From IMG/VR virus record IMGVR_UViG_3300044742_000172, positions 1 through 26,935 of that record: a stretch of 26,935 bases of DNA. One strand, written 5' to 3'. The position numbers and the translations under genes were made by a program. The DNA is from a virus (taxonomy: Duplodnaviria > Caudoviricetes). Positions 15,998 through 24,738 of this stretch are shown one piece after another. The notes beneath the pieces were generated by a model that worked only from the letters and a program-made list of their open reading frames with translations, was not told the DNA's origin and searched no databases. The stretch's first letter is position 1. Every line of letters starts with the position of its first letter.

Positions 15998-16860
15998 GGG
16001 TCGGCTTCGCGTAGCAGCGGCGTGGCGGTCGGTGTTTCGCGCCAGGTGCCCTCGGCCGGGGTCAGGCCGAGCTTGATCGCGGCCCGCGCCCGGCTGCCTG
16101 CGCACACGGCGCACACCCGCAGGTCGCCGTACTGGTAGATCGGCCCGTCGCCGTTGCAGTCGCCGCACGCGTTCGCCCCGTCGACCACGGTCAGGTCGTC
16201 GGCGGTGTACTCGGCCGCCGGGCGCTTCGCCCGCCAGGCGTCAAGCTCGGCCGGGGTCGCCCCGCCCTGGAACAGTCGCGGGTCGGCGCCGTGCGATATG
16301 CAGTCGAGCCGCCAGCGGCGCTGATGATCGGTCATGGCGCCGTCGTCGAGCTGCACATGCTTGCGGTGCTCGTCGAGCCCGGCCTTGGCCCGCGCCTTGC
16401 AGTCAGCGACGAGCCGTTCCAGGTCGTCGGCGCTCAGCCCGAACCCGAACTTTCTTTCGTAGCGGTGGAACTCGTCGCGCAGCTCCTTTTCGAGGAACGC
16501 GGGCGGCCGCCTGCGCAGCTCGGCCCTGACGTTCGCCTGGTCGTAGTCAAAGAAGAACTCGTGCCCCTGGCTGGCGATCAGCTCCTCGATCGCTTGCACC
16601 ATGCCGCCGTAGCTGCGATCGCTGGCCATGTCGTCACCGGCTTCGGCCCACGCGGCCGGGCGGCCGCCAGCTGGCAGCGGCAGCTCGCCCGAGCTGATGC
16701 CCTTCCACACGAACCCCGCCGGGTTCGTCAGCTTCGCGCCCCTGGCCTTGGCGGCGAGCAGCCACCGTTCGGCCACGTCGGCGTTCACGATGCAGGTGTC
16801 GATCTGTTTGTCGGTGAACCCGAGTTCGTTCAGTTGCACGATGATCTCGTCGAGCGTCAT
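15985..16860 (-). CDS. Putative replication initiator-like/organiser protein with C-terminal Zn ribbon
   Basis: LTNPAGFVWKGI resembles the NP.G(F/Y) helical motif of phage initiator C-terminal domains; CGDC...CAVC; ends PVDN, encoded by a DnaA box; AAGGAG RBS; near the helicase. Confidence 0.45.
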   Translation of the reverse strand: MTLDEIIVQLNELGFTDKQIDTCIVNADVAERWLLAAKARGAKLTNPAGFVWKGISSGELPLPAGGRPAAWAEAGDDMASDRSYGGMVQAIEELIASQGHEFFFDYDQANVRAELRRRPPAFLEKELRDEFHRYERKFGFGLSADDLERLVADCKARAKAGLDEHRKHVQLDDGAMTDHQRRWRLDCISHGADPRLFQGGATPAELDAWRAKRPAAEYTADDLTVVDGANACGDCNGDGPIYQYGDLRVCAVCAGSRARAAIKLGLTPAEGTWRETPTATPLLREADPVDN

Positions 16861-17035
16861 TGCTGCTCCTTCTTTTAGGTGAAATGCCTGCCCGGCCGCC
16901 CGCCTGCGCGCGGGGTGTTGCCGACGACAGGCAGGCGGCGGCGTTGTAGTTGCACAACAGCAACAGCAGCCGCCTTTCGGACCAGGCTGGCAGGCTGGCT
17001 GGTTGAATGACTTCGCTCACCCTGAAGAACAACCC

Positions 17036-17070
17036 ACGTGCGGGTGCGCCTTTATCGCGCACCCGCACGT
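17036..17070. repeat. Perfect 14-bp inverted repeat (terminator or cruciform)
   Basis: ACGTGCGGGTGCGC-ctttatc-GCGCACCCGCACGT. Confidence 0.75.
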
Positions 17071-17098
17071 ACGCGATGTGCGCTCGTGAGCGCGCCCA

Positions 17099-17395
17099 CT
17101 ACGCGCCCGTGCGCCCGGGGGTAGTTCGCCTGGTCGTTGCGGCGGCCTTTTTGGCCATCGCCTCCCAGTCCTGCCACGCCTCGATCGACGCCTTGCCCCT
17201 GGTCGGTTCGGGCCAGCTGCCGACCGCGTACATGAACAGCGACACGTTGTAGACGGTCAGTACCTCGGGCAACATCGTCGCTGACTCGGGGTTCGCCTTG
17301 ACGGCCCCGATCACCTTGGCCATCTGTCCCCATGACACGTATCGGTCGCCCTCTATTCGTTCACGGTATTCGGGTGTGGTCATTGCCTTCGCCAT
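17099..17395 (-). CDS. Hypothetical protein
   Basis: 98-aa ORF; GGAAGGAG precedes ATG. Confidence 0.7.
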   Translation of the reverse strand: MAKAMTTPEYRERIEGDRYVSWGQMAKVIGAVKANPESATMLPEVLTVYNVSLFMYAVGSWPEPTRGKASIEAWQDWEAMAKKAAATTRRTTPGRTGA

Positions 17396-17476
17396 TTACC
17401 GCTCCTTCCCGTTGCCCGCCTGTGTGTCGAGCGGCGGCACCTTACCAGGTTGATTGCCCCGACACCATTACCCCTG

Positions 17477-19108
17477 CTAATAGCGGGTCGTGGTGGCCTT
17501 GCCCCGCCGTATTTGTTGCCTGACTTGCGCGGCCGATATAAGGTCGCTGGCCTCGCCCGACGTGATGCCATTCCACAGTTCGATGCGGCGTCGTTGCAGC
17601 ACGGCCTTTTGTTTGATCGTGGCCGGGCGCCGTCGCCATGACGCCTCCCTACTGCTGAGCCCTATTCCGCCGTCCTCCCTGACGAAGTCTTCGGCATGGC
17701 CTTGCGCGTACCCGAGGTCGAGCTGTTCGGCGATGATGCGTTCCTGGCCGGTGCGTTGCGTCGGGTAGAACTTCACTGTCCATTTCTCGTCGTCGGGTTC
17801 AAGGGCGACATACCCGCTGCCCGAATTCAGCAGCCACGCGTTGTCGTCGTCGAGTCGTATCCAGTGCAGCTCACGCCGGTTGAACAGGTCGACGCGTTGC
17901 GCGACCAGCTCGGCAAGCACCCGCTCACGCTCAGCCGTCACGACCTGCTCGTCAGCGATCTCGTCGAGCACGTCGGTCACGGTCTGTTCGCCGTCGGTCA
18001 GCTCGTCGCTGCCCGACTCGCCGAGCCCGAACAGGTTCGGCATCGTCAGCAGGTCGTGACGGTGCGTCGCGCCGACCAGGTCGATGACGAGGCAATCGTC
18101 CTTGCCGGGGTAGGTGCGGGTGCCCCTGCCGACCATCTGCACGTACAGCCCCTTCGACCGTGTCGGGCGGGCCACGATGATGCAGTCGATGCGGGGCTCG
18201 TCGAACCCCTCGGTCAGCACCGCGCAGTTCGCGATCACCTTCACGTCACCCCTGCGGAACGCCCGCAGCAGCTCGCGCCGCTCCTCCAGCGGGGTGCCGC
18301 CATGCAACGTGACGCACGGCACCCCCCGAGCGACGAACGCCTCGGTCATCGCGGCCGCGAGCGCGACCGTCGGCGTGAACACGAGCGCGGTACGCCCGGC
18401 CGCGTGCTTCACATAGGCGTCGGCGGCGTGCTCGGGCGCGCCCGCGTGTTCAAGCAGCTCGGCCGACGCCCCATCCTGGAAGTCGCCATGACTGACTTTC
18501 AGCTTGCCGAAGTCGGCGCGGCGTAGCTTCACCCGCAGGCCGCGCAGGTTCGTCAGGTACCCCGCCCGGATCATCTCGAGTATGCCCTTGTGATACACGA
18601 CCTCCTGCCAGGTGTCGGCCAGGTCGCGGCTGTCCTGCCTGCTCGGTGTCGCGGTCACCCCGAGCGTCAGCATGCGCCTGTCGGGGTTGAACGACCCGAC
18701 ATGCTTGAGGATGCGCTGATAGGTGTCGGCGGCCGAGTGGTGCGCCTCGTCGACGACGACGACGCCGAACTGCTGCGGCAGCTGGTCGAGCCGTGACTGC
18801 CTCGATAGCGTCTGCACGCTCGCGACGACGACCGGGGCCAGCACGTCGTTGCGTTCGGCCTTCACGAGCCCGACGGCCGCGTGCGGGTCGACCTGCCGGA
18901 TCTTGTCGGCCGCCTGGCTGAGCAGTTCGTCGCGGTGGGCGAGCACGAGCGCGGCCGTGTCGGCCAGCCTGATGATCTCGCTGAACACGACGGTCTTGCC
19001 TGTCCCGGTTGGTAGCCCGACGAGCTGCCGCCTGACGCCCTTCGCGAGCGCCGCCTTGACGGCTTCGACGGCCTCCTCCTGATACGGCCTGAGCTTGATC
19101 CCGCTCAT
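17477..19108 (-). CDS. SF2 DEAD/DEAH (ResIII/Irc3-like) helicase
   Basis: LRPYQ, LPTGTGKT, LAHRDELL, VVDEAHH, GVTATP, LTEGFDEP, QMVGRGTR. ATG 19108 overlaps the upstream TGA. Confidence 0.95.
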   Translation of the reverse strand: MSGIKLRPYQEEAVEAVKAALAKGVRRQLVGLPTGTGKTVVFSEIIRLADTAALVLAHRDELLSQAADKIRQVDPHAAVGLVKAERNDVLAPVVVASVQTLSRQSRLDQLPQQFGVVVVDEAHHSAADTYQRILKHVGSFNPDRRMLTLGVTATPSRQDSRDLADTWQEVVYHKGILEMIRAGYLTNLRGLRVKLRRADFGKLKVSHGDFQDGASAELLEHAGAPEHAADAYVKHAAGRTALVFTPTVALAAAMTEAFVARGVPCVTLHGGTPLEERRELLRAFRRGDVKVIANCAVLTEGFDEPRIDCIIVARPTRSKGLYVQMVGRGTRTYPGKDDCLVIDLVGATHRHDLLTMPNLFGLGESGSDELTDGEQTVTDVLDEIADEQVVTAERERVLAELVAQRVDLFNRRELHWIRLDDDNAWLLNSGSGYVALEPDDEKWTVKFYPTQRTGQERIIAEQLDLGYAQGHAEDFVREDGGIGLSSREASWRRRPATIKQKAVLQRRRIELWNGITSGEASDLISAAQVRQQIRRGKATTTRY

Positions 19109-19278
19109 CGGTCTTCCCAGTAGTCGATGATGGTGGGCTGTTCGGCGGTGCCGCTGCCAAGGTTCTGCAGCAGATCGGGCCATGTCCAGTCGGACGGGTA
19201 CCCCTCGTCTCCTTCTTCGTGCCAGCCTGACCAGGGTGGGTTGATACGCACGCGCACCTTGAACTCTGCGTAGAACAT
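19105..19278 (-). CDS. Hypothetical Trp-rich small protein
   Basis: AAGGAG precedes ATG 19278; coupled to the helicase gene. Confidence 0.55.
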   Translation of the reverse strand: MFYAEFKVRVRINPPWSGWHEEGDEGYPSDWTWPDLLQNLGSGTAEQPTIIDYWEDR

Positions 19279-19288
19279 CGGAGCTCCT

Positions 19289-19504
19289 TCAGTTGTCCTG
19301 GTCGGCGGCGACGATGATGTGGCTGCTCGTCGCTGACCTGATGACCAGTTCGGTGATCCAGCCGCCGTTCGTGTCGATCGCGCCGAACGCGCCGCTGAGT
19401 ATGTCGGCGAGCACGTCATCGCTCGCGTCGGTGATCGTGAACCTGCCTTCGATCTCGAACACTCTCGGGCCGGGGTACTCGCGGCCGAACGGGTCGCCGC
19501 TCAT
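19289..19504 (-). CDS. Hypothetical protein (MSGDPFGREY...)
   Basis: ATGA overlap with the HNH stop. Confidence 0.55.
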   Translation of the reverse strand: MSGDPFGREYPGPRVFEIEGRFTITDASDDVLADILSGAFGAIDTNGGWITELVIRSATSSHIIVAADQDN

Positions 19505-20100
19505 TCGCCCGCCCTGCCGTTGCCGCTTGTCAGGTAGTCGTGCAGCACCCCGACCAGCGTGTAATACCGCAGGCCGGGCGCCTCGGGGTCGTCGATGTTC
19601 ATGCCTTGCGCCTTCATCTTTTCGGCTGCCGCCGCTAGCAGGTTCGTGACGATCTCGGTACCGTTCTCGTGGTCGTCGGGCACCTGCACCGTCAGCGCCA
19701 CTTTCTTGCGGCGGGTGATCTTCCAGGGTTGCGGGGTCGGCCAGTGACGCCCGCAGGTAGGGCACTTGCCTGACGCGGTGCGTACGTGCGTGTCACGCGA
19801 GTACAGCGCCTTCAGCCGCTCGCCCTGCCCGGTGACCCACGCGCCCTGACCGTCGCCCCACACGACCTGCACGCGCCCGGCGTGGATCAGGTCGTGGTGT
19901 CGCCGGCAGATGCCCGCGACGTTCGCGACCGGGGTGCCGTCGATCGTTATCCAGTACCGGCCGCCCTGCGAGCGGAGCACGATGTGATGCGGGTCGACGG
20001 CAGGGTCGCCGCAGCGGGGCATGCGGCACTCGCCCCGCCATTCGTACTCGGGCAGGGCCGCGATCGCCTGGCCGACCCTGACAGGCTCGACGGGGTTCAC
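19501..20100 (-). CDS. HNH endonuclease with additional CxxC and C-terminal domain
   Basis: CRMPRC....DPHHIVLRSQGG....NVAGICRRHHDLIH; CPTCG; GTG 20100 coupled to the upstream stop. Confidence 0.85.
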   Translation of the reverse strand: MNPVEPVRVGQAIAALPEYEWRGECRMPRCGDPAVDPHHIVLRSQGGRYWITIDGTPVANVAGICRRHHDLIHAGRVQVVWGDGQGAWVTGQGERLKALYSRDTHVRTASGKCPTCGRHWPTPQPWKITRRKKVALTVQVPDDHENGTEIVTNLLAAAAEKMKAQGMNIDDPEAPGLRYYTLVGVLHDYLTSGNGRAGE

Positions 20101-20222
20101 GACTCCCTGCCGTTGTCGTCGCCCATGACCCACCAGTACAGCCACAGCACCACGAGCACGATCAGCAGCAGCGCGCCGCCGAACGCGATCAGCGGCCACG
20201 CCCACACCGACATGCCGATCAC
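20097..20222 (-). CDS. Small single-pass membrane protein
   Basis: WAWPLIAFGGALLLIVLVVLWLYWW; GTGA coupling on both sides. Confidence 0.6.
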   Translation of the reverse strand: MIGMSVWAWPLIAFGGALLLIVLVVLWLYWWVMGDDNGRES

Positions 20223-20329
20223 CGGAAGAAGTCGCGCAGGTTGGCCCCGGCCAGGTCGACCGGGCGCCTGCTCCACGCGACCGCGACCACCACCACGATC
20301 GCGGCCGCCCCTATCAGTGCCCATCTCAT
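20219..20329 (-). CDS. Small membrane peptide, 36 aa (not in ORF track)
   Basis: MRWALIGAAAIVVVVAVAWSRRPVDLAGANLRDFFR; AAAGGAG RBS. Confidence 0.6.
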   Translation of the reverse strand: MRWALIGAAAIVVVVAVAWSRRPVDLAGANLRDFFR

Positions 20330-20342
20330 GTGCTTGCTCCTT

Positions 20343-20813
20343 TCAGCCGAACGTCAGGGCGACGGTGTGCCCTGCCGGTACGGGTGTGATACCGGCGACC
20401 AGCTCGCCGTCGGTCAGCCAACGATCCTTCGCGAACTGCTTGAACGCCGTTTCGTCGAACACGGGCTTGACGAACCTGTCGCCGTACTCGCGCTTCGCGG
20501 CGTCGGGGTCGTCGACGACGACCTTCGCAGCTGTTCGCCTCACCTGCGCCTTGCCGACGTCGGGTATGTGCACGGTCGTCTGCCCGGTGTGCAGCAGGTA
20601 CGCCTGTATCTGGTCGCGCAGCTGCTCCTCGTGGTCGGCGTGCTTGCGCATCGCCGCCATGTAGTCAGCGACGACGCGTTGCAGCAGCTCGCGCAGCCGC
20701 TCGCGCTCACGGGCCGAGCGGGCCACGTCGATCATCGCCAGCCGCAGCGTGTAGTCGTCGTCGACGTGCTCCCACGGGTTCGTCAGTAGGTCGTCGTGCA
20801 TGTCGTCTCCCAT
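20343..20813 (-). CDS. Mu Gam / siphovirus Gp157-like DNA end-protection protein
   Basis: N-terminal coiled coil, then TVHIPDVGKAQVRR..KVVVDD...D.TAFK....GELVAGI; TGATG-coupled to ERF. Confidence 0.72.
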   Translation of the reverse strand: MGDDMHDDLLTNPWEHVDDDYTLRLAMIDVARSARERERLRELLQRVVADYMAAMRKHADHEEQLRDQIQAYLLHTGQTTVHIPDVGKAQVRRTAAKVVVDDPDAAKREYGDRFVKPVFDETAFKQFAKDRWLTDGELVAGITPVPAGHTVALTFG

Positions 20814-21691
20814 CAGTCGAACGGCACGTCGTCGGCGGGCTCGGTCGGGTCGCCCGACACCGGCAGCGTGTAGTCGTCGGCGTCGCTCGCCGCAGGCACA
20901 GCCTCGGGCTCGGGCTCGGCCTTCGCCTGCTGCTCGGCCGCCTTCGTCTGCTCCTCGAGGAGGCGTTGGCTGAGCGCCTGCACGATCGAGTCGCCCCGAT
21001 CGGCGGGCACGTCTGTCCAGCGGGCGACCTTGTACTTGTCGCTGATGCCCTTGCCCCACACGGCCTCTGAGCTGCCCTTGTCGCGGCCGAGCAGGTCGTC
21101 GAGCTTCGTCAGGATCGCCTGTATCGCCTGCCTGTGCCCCGGCCCGAGCGTGGCGACCTTGGCGGCCGCCTGCTGCTGCTGCGTGACGGGCTGATGATCG
21201 GAGTCGGGCTCGTCGCCTGTCGGTATCAGGAACGTCTTCCATATGGCGTAGCGCATCGCGCCGGTCATCGCCTTGTACAAGCCCTTGTCGCCCTGGTCGG
21301 CGCCCGACCCGACGAACTCGATCGACTCGCGCTCGCCGGTGTCGCCGTCGACGAACGTCATCAGGCCGTGCACGATCGTCAGCGACCCGTGCATTTGTAC
21401 GTTCGGCCAGCTGACGAACGTGGCGACGTTGCGTGACGCGAGCTGCGACCTGACGGCCGCCATCAGGTCGTTCTCGGTCGGGTAGTCGTATGAGTATTCG
21501 CCGCCTCCTTTCATGCGTACGACGGCGTGCCCTGAGCGTGGCACGCGGTCGACGGCAAGCTGTACCTCGGCGAACTTACCGGCGAGCGTCTGTGCGACAG
21601 CAGGCACAGCGGGCTCGGCGGCGGGCTCGGCCTGCGCGGCCTTCGGCGTGGGCTTCTTGCGGGCGCGTGGTGCGGGTGTAGGATCGGTCAC
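20813..21691 (-). CDS. erf: ERF-family single-strand annealing protein
   Basis: VPRSG...YSYDY....DL..AVR..LA..NV, G.G.DQGDKGLYKAMTGAMRYAIWKTFLIPTGDEPD; SSB-like acidic tip DDVPFD. Confidence 0.88.
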   Translation of the reverse strand: MTDPTPAPRARKKPTPKAAQAEPAAEPAVPAVAQTLAGKFAEVQLAVDRVPRSGHAVVRMKGGGEYSYDYPTENDLMAAVRSQLASRNVATFVSWPNVQMHGSLTIVHGLMTFVDGDTGERESIEFVGSGADQGDKGLYKAMTGAMRYAIWKTFLIPTGDEPDSDHQPVTQQQQAAAKVATLGPGHRQAIQAILTKLDDLLGRDKGSSEAVWGKGISDKYKVARWTDVPADRGDSIVQALSQRLLEEQTKAAEQQAKAEPEPEAVPAASDADDYTLPVSGDPTEPADDVPFD

Positions 21692-21731
21692 TAGGTCTCC
21701 TTTGTTCGCGCTCCTTCAGGGGGACTCTGCG

Positions 21732-21781
21732 GTCAGGTAAGGGGTCGCCCGCTGTTGCCGCTCGGGCGACCCCCGCCTGAC
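21732..21781. terminator. GC-rich stem-loop, probable intrinsic terminator
   Basis: GGGGTCGCCCG-11 nt-CGGGCGACCCC with outer GTCAGG/CCTGAC pairing, just after the stop at 21786. Confidence 0.6.
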
Positions 21782-21785
21782 TTAC

Positions 21786-22334
21786 CTACTCGGCCTGATT
21801 GACACGCAGGGCACGGTGCCCGTAATGCCGTGTGCGGCCCCTGTACACCCGCGGCGTCGCCTTACGGCCCTGAGCGACGACGGTCGTGCCCTTCGTGCCG
21901 GGCTTCGCCTTGGCCCGCTCGGCCTTGTACGCGGCCGCACCGGCCTCGGTCACCTCTGCGTCGGCGGCGTCGGGCTTCGCCTTTTTGTACGCGTCCTTCG
22001 CCTTTTTCGCGGCGTTCTCGGCTGCCCTACCGGCCTCCGTCTTTCGCCGCTTGCGCCCGATGATCGGATCACGCAGCGAGAACGAGAACGGCTGTATCGG
22101 GTCACCGGCGTCGAACGCGATCACGTACCCCTGCACCGCGTACGGCGTCAGGTAGATCAGCCGGTCGCCTTCGCCGTCGGTGAACCTGATCGACTGCGTG
22201 TCGACGTCGATGCGGTGCGCGTCGGGCAGCGTGCGCGCGAGCGCCTGCGCGACAACACACAGGTACGAGTCGTTGCGTACCGCCTTCTCGATGTCCTTGT
22301 CGGTGACGACTACCTTCACTTGTTTTCTGGCCAT
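21786..22334 (-). CDS. Hypothetical protein with basic Ala/Lys-rich C-terminal half
   Basis: GAAAGGAA precedes ATG 22334; globular N-domain (VTDKDIEKA...CVVAQAL...FDAG..IQPFSF). Confidence 0.7.
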   Translation of the reverse strand: MARKQVKVVVTDKDIEKAVRNDSYLCVVAQALARTLPDAHRIDVDTQSIRFTDGEGDRLIYLTPYAVQGYVIAFDAGDPIQPFSFSLRDPIIGRKRRKTEAGRAAENAAKKAKDAYKKAKPDAADAEVTEAGAAAYKAERAKAKPGTKGTTVVAQGRKATPRVYRGRTRHYGHRALRVNQAE

Positions 22335-22381
22335 GCCGCTTTCCTTTCTCGATTGTCGGGGCGCCCACCTTACTCGGTGGG

Positions 22382-22576
22382 TCACGCGGGCTCGTACGCC
22401 TCGGGCTGTATCAGCAACGGCTGCAATCCCTTCTCCTTTCGTCGGGTGTTCGCGCGCACCATGCATTCCTCGCACACCGGCCTGAGCTTGTCGGCGATCG
22501 GCACCCTGGGCACGTACTCGGGGTCGAACGAGAACGGCTGCTTGCAGCCGAAGCAGCGGTCGGTGACGTAGGTCAT
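22382..22576 (-). CDS. Small Zn-finger protein
   Basis: CFGC...CEEC; ATGA-coupled. Confidence 0.7.
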   Translation of the reverse strand: MTYVTDRCFGCKQPFSFDPEYVPRVPIADKLRPVCEECMVRANTRRKEKGLQPLLIQPEAYEPA

Positions 22577-22806
22577 GGCTTCGCCTTCACGACCGCCTTC
22601 TCGATCTGTTCTTCCATGAACGGGGCGCTGACGAACTCGGCGACGCACTCGGTCATGTGCTGCTCGCACAGGTCGATCTCGTAGCGTTCGGCGCGGCCGC
22701 CAAGGTGGGCGACGTCGAGCGTCAACATGTACCGCTGCGCCTGCTTGTCGAGCGTGCCGTCGAACCGCATGCCGCAGCGGTCACAGATCGTCGGTGTGGC
22801 CATCAC
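22573..22806 (-). CDS. Lsr2 dimerisation-domain-like protein with putative Zn site
   Basis: CDRC...YEIDLCEQH; YEIDL is the Lsr2 N-domain signature; AAAGGAGG RBS. Confidence 0.55.
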   Translation of the reverse strand: MMATPTICDRCGMRFDGTLDKQAQRYMLTLDVAHLGGRAERYEIDLCEQHMTECVAEFVSAPFMEEQIEKAVVKAKP

Positions 22807-22815
22807 AGCCTCCTT

Positions 22816-22938
22816 TCATCGGGCGATCAGCCCGTACAGGGCCAGGCCCGCGAGGGCCAGGCAGAACGCGACGGCCGCCCACCATCCGACCTTGCGCAGC
22901 TCGTCCTTGAACGTCGGCTCGCGCTCGTCGTCGGTCAC
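22816..22938 (-). CDS. Small membrane protein
   Basis: MTDDEREPTFKDELRKVGWWAAVAFCLALAGLALYGLIAR; GTGA-coupled. Confidence 0.6.
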   Translation of the reverse strand: MTDDEREPTFKDELRKVGWWAAVAFCLALAGLALYGLIAR

Positions 22939-23306
22939 GGCGTGTCCTTGCGCTGCTCGATCAGGTCGCGGGTGATGACCTCCTGCACGGCGTCGAACAC
23001 GGGCTCCCACGAGCGGGCCGTGACGGCCTTGTACACCCCGGCGCCGTGGTCTTGCACGGCACGAGCGACCGCCGATCGCTGGCCGGTCGCGACGTGCTCG
23101 TCGAGCACCTGCCAGGTGCCCGGCCCTAGCTCGTCGTACCACCTGAGCACCACGTACGGGCGCGTCACGCGCCCGTCAGCGTCAGGCACAGGCTCGGGCT
23201 CGGCCTGCTCGGGCTCGACGTCGCCCTTCTTCTTGCGGGGCTTCTTTATCGCGGCCAGCCCGGCGTCGGCGTCGGCTTGCAGCTGCTCGACGTCCATGTC
23301 GGTCAT
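22935..23306 (-). CDS. Hypothetical protein
   Basis: 123-aa ORF coupled at both ends. Confidence 0.65.
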   Translation of the reverse strand: MTDMDVEQLQADADAGLAAIKKPRKKKGDVEPEQAEPEPVPDADGRVTRPYVVLRWYDELGPGTWQVLDEHVATGQRSAVARAVQDHGAGVYKAVTARSWEPVFDAVQEVITRDLIEQRKDTP

Positions 23307-23479
23307 GGCCGCACCTGCCGGTACACGCGCACGCGGGCGATGACTTCGGCCTCCGTCCAGCCGCGCAGCGCCAGCTCGCTTTCCAGCACCGTCGTTTCGT
23401 AGAACGACAGGGTCGGCACCCGCGCACGCAGCCAGGCGTCGGTCACGCGGTTCGGTATGAACGTGTCGGCGCCGATCAT
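23303..23479 (-). CDS. Hypothetical protein (MIGADTFIPN...)
   Basis: ATGA overlaps at both ends; C-terminal part of track ORF 23303..24292. Confidence 0.6.
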   Translation of the reverse strand: MIGADTFIPNRVTDAWLRARVPTLSFYETTVLESELALRGWTEAEVIARVRVYRQVRP

Positions 23480-24492
23480 CGGGTGAGCAGGGCGAACGCC
23501 CTGTCCTTCAGCTTCGACTCGTCGATGACTCGGTTGAACCGGGCTTCGTCGCCTTTTCTGACTTTCGTATACCAGTCGGAGTACTCGGCGACGGCGTTCA
23601 GGGCCGCCCACCGTGTGCCCCTGACGTTCTCTAGGTTCGGCGACTCGTGGTACAGGCCGCCGATCAGGGTCAGCGACGCCTGCCTGTTCTTTTCGGTGCG
23701 GCTGTCGTCGGGCTCCCCCGCCTTTTTCGGGGCGAGCTTGTCGAGGAACGACCTGAACTCGCGGTCGCTCATCGGCTCGCCGATCAGCTGCTCGGCCGTG
23801 CTGGTCAGCTCGGCCAGGTACGTGTACGTCAGGCCGAGCGCCCGCCGTGCCTCGTCGAGCTTGTCGGCGTAGTTCGTGGTGTGCCTGACCTTCCACTGGC
23901 GGGGCGACCCGGCGAGTGCGAGCCGCAGCGTGTTCGTGCACACGACCCTGATCGGCGTGACCGCGATCGTCAGCGCCATCGACCCGTCGTGTGCGTTCGA
24001 CAGCAGCAGGTACGGCTCGATCGTTTCGTCTTCCCATCCGGCGATGCGTATGTCGTCGCCGAGCTTCGACACGAGCGCGACCTTGGCGCCGCCCTTCAAC
24101 GCGACGGCGCTGATGCACCTGACGTCGCCCGAGTCGAGGATAGCGTCGCCTAGCTCGGCCAGCTCGGCCTGCTGTATCGGCCGGTAGCCGTCGCCGACGA
24201 TGCCGAGCACCTTTTGGTCGGTCGACCTGACCATCGCCTTGCGGCCGGGCGCCTTCAGCCGGGTGACGCCTTGCGTGGCCGCGACGTCCCATCGTTCGAC
24301 CTGCCAGTCGAGCCCGCCGATCGTGAGTGCGTCACGCCACGTCAGGTCGGGGTCGTCGACGACGGTGCCGAGCCCGTGCCAGGCGGGCTCACGGTTCGTG
24401 AACACGCCCGACTCGAACCCGCCGTCGCCGTACTCGCTCCTGTCCCACCCCTTTCGTCGTTCGTCGAGCGGGTTGCGTATGTCAGTCGCCAC
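23476..24492 (-). CDS. DUF932 (LGT_TIGR03299-like) phage/plasmid protein
   Basis: PAWHGLG, GLDWQV, LGIVGDGYRPIQ, YLLLSNAHDGS, TPIRVVCTNTL, RHT, GTRWAALNAVAEYSD, K.RAF; GGAAGGAG precedes GTG. Confidence 0.92.
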   Translation of the reverse strand: MATDIRNPLDERRKGWDRSEYGDGGFESGVFTNREPAWHGLGTVVDDPDLTWRDALTIGGLDWQVERWDVAATQGVTRLKAPGRKAMVRSTDQKVLGIVGDGYRPIQQAELAELGDAILDSGDVRCISAVALKGGAKVALVSKLGDDIRIAGWEDETIEPYLLLSNAHDGSMALTIAVTPIRVVCTNTLRLALAGSPRQWKVRHTTNYADKLDEARRALGLTYTYLAELTSTAEQLIGEPMSDREFRSFLDKLAPKKAGEPDDSRTEKNRQASLTLIGGLYHESPNLENVRGTRWAALNAVAEYSDWYTKVRKGDEARFNRVIDESKLKDRAFALLTR

Positions 24493-24738
24493 TGTTCGCT
24501 CCTTCCATCGTTGTCACGCGAGCGGGCGCCCGCGCGTGCCGCGAGCCCTCATGGTACGGCCCCCTGAACACGGATACCCTGTTCTGCCGGGCTGGCCAGC
24601 GCACGAATACCCCGGTATTTGCGGGAATTTCAGTCTCGACAACGCCCGCAGCGGGCTCAGCAGTTCGGATCTGTGGGCTATCTTTCGTGCAGGCGCACAT
24701 GCGCGCTAGTGAGTGGGCAACGAGGGAAGGAGCGGTAC
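24493..24738. promoter_or_regulatory. Divergent control region
   Basis: Gap between oppositely oriented operons, each with AAGGAG RBS. Direct repeat CACG(G/A)ATACCC at 24569 and 24602; palindrome GCCCGC-a-GCGGGC. Confidence 0.6.

Noticed and set aside
16634-17068. 144-aa ORF as the missing initiator N-terminus
   Set aside because: Starts inside a hairpin, lacks an RBS, and overlaps out of frame a gene with a strong RBS.
226-24187. Many long plus-strand ORFs in the track (e.g. 8496..9353, 17696..18526, 19786..20664)
   Set aside because: Antisense shadows of well-supported minus-strand genes in high-GC DNA; no recognisable motifs.
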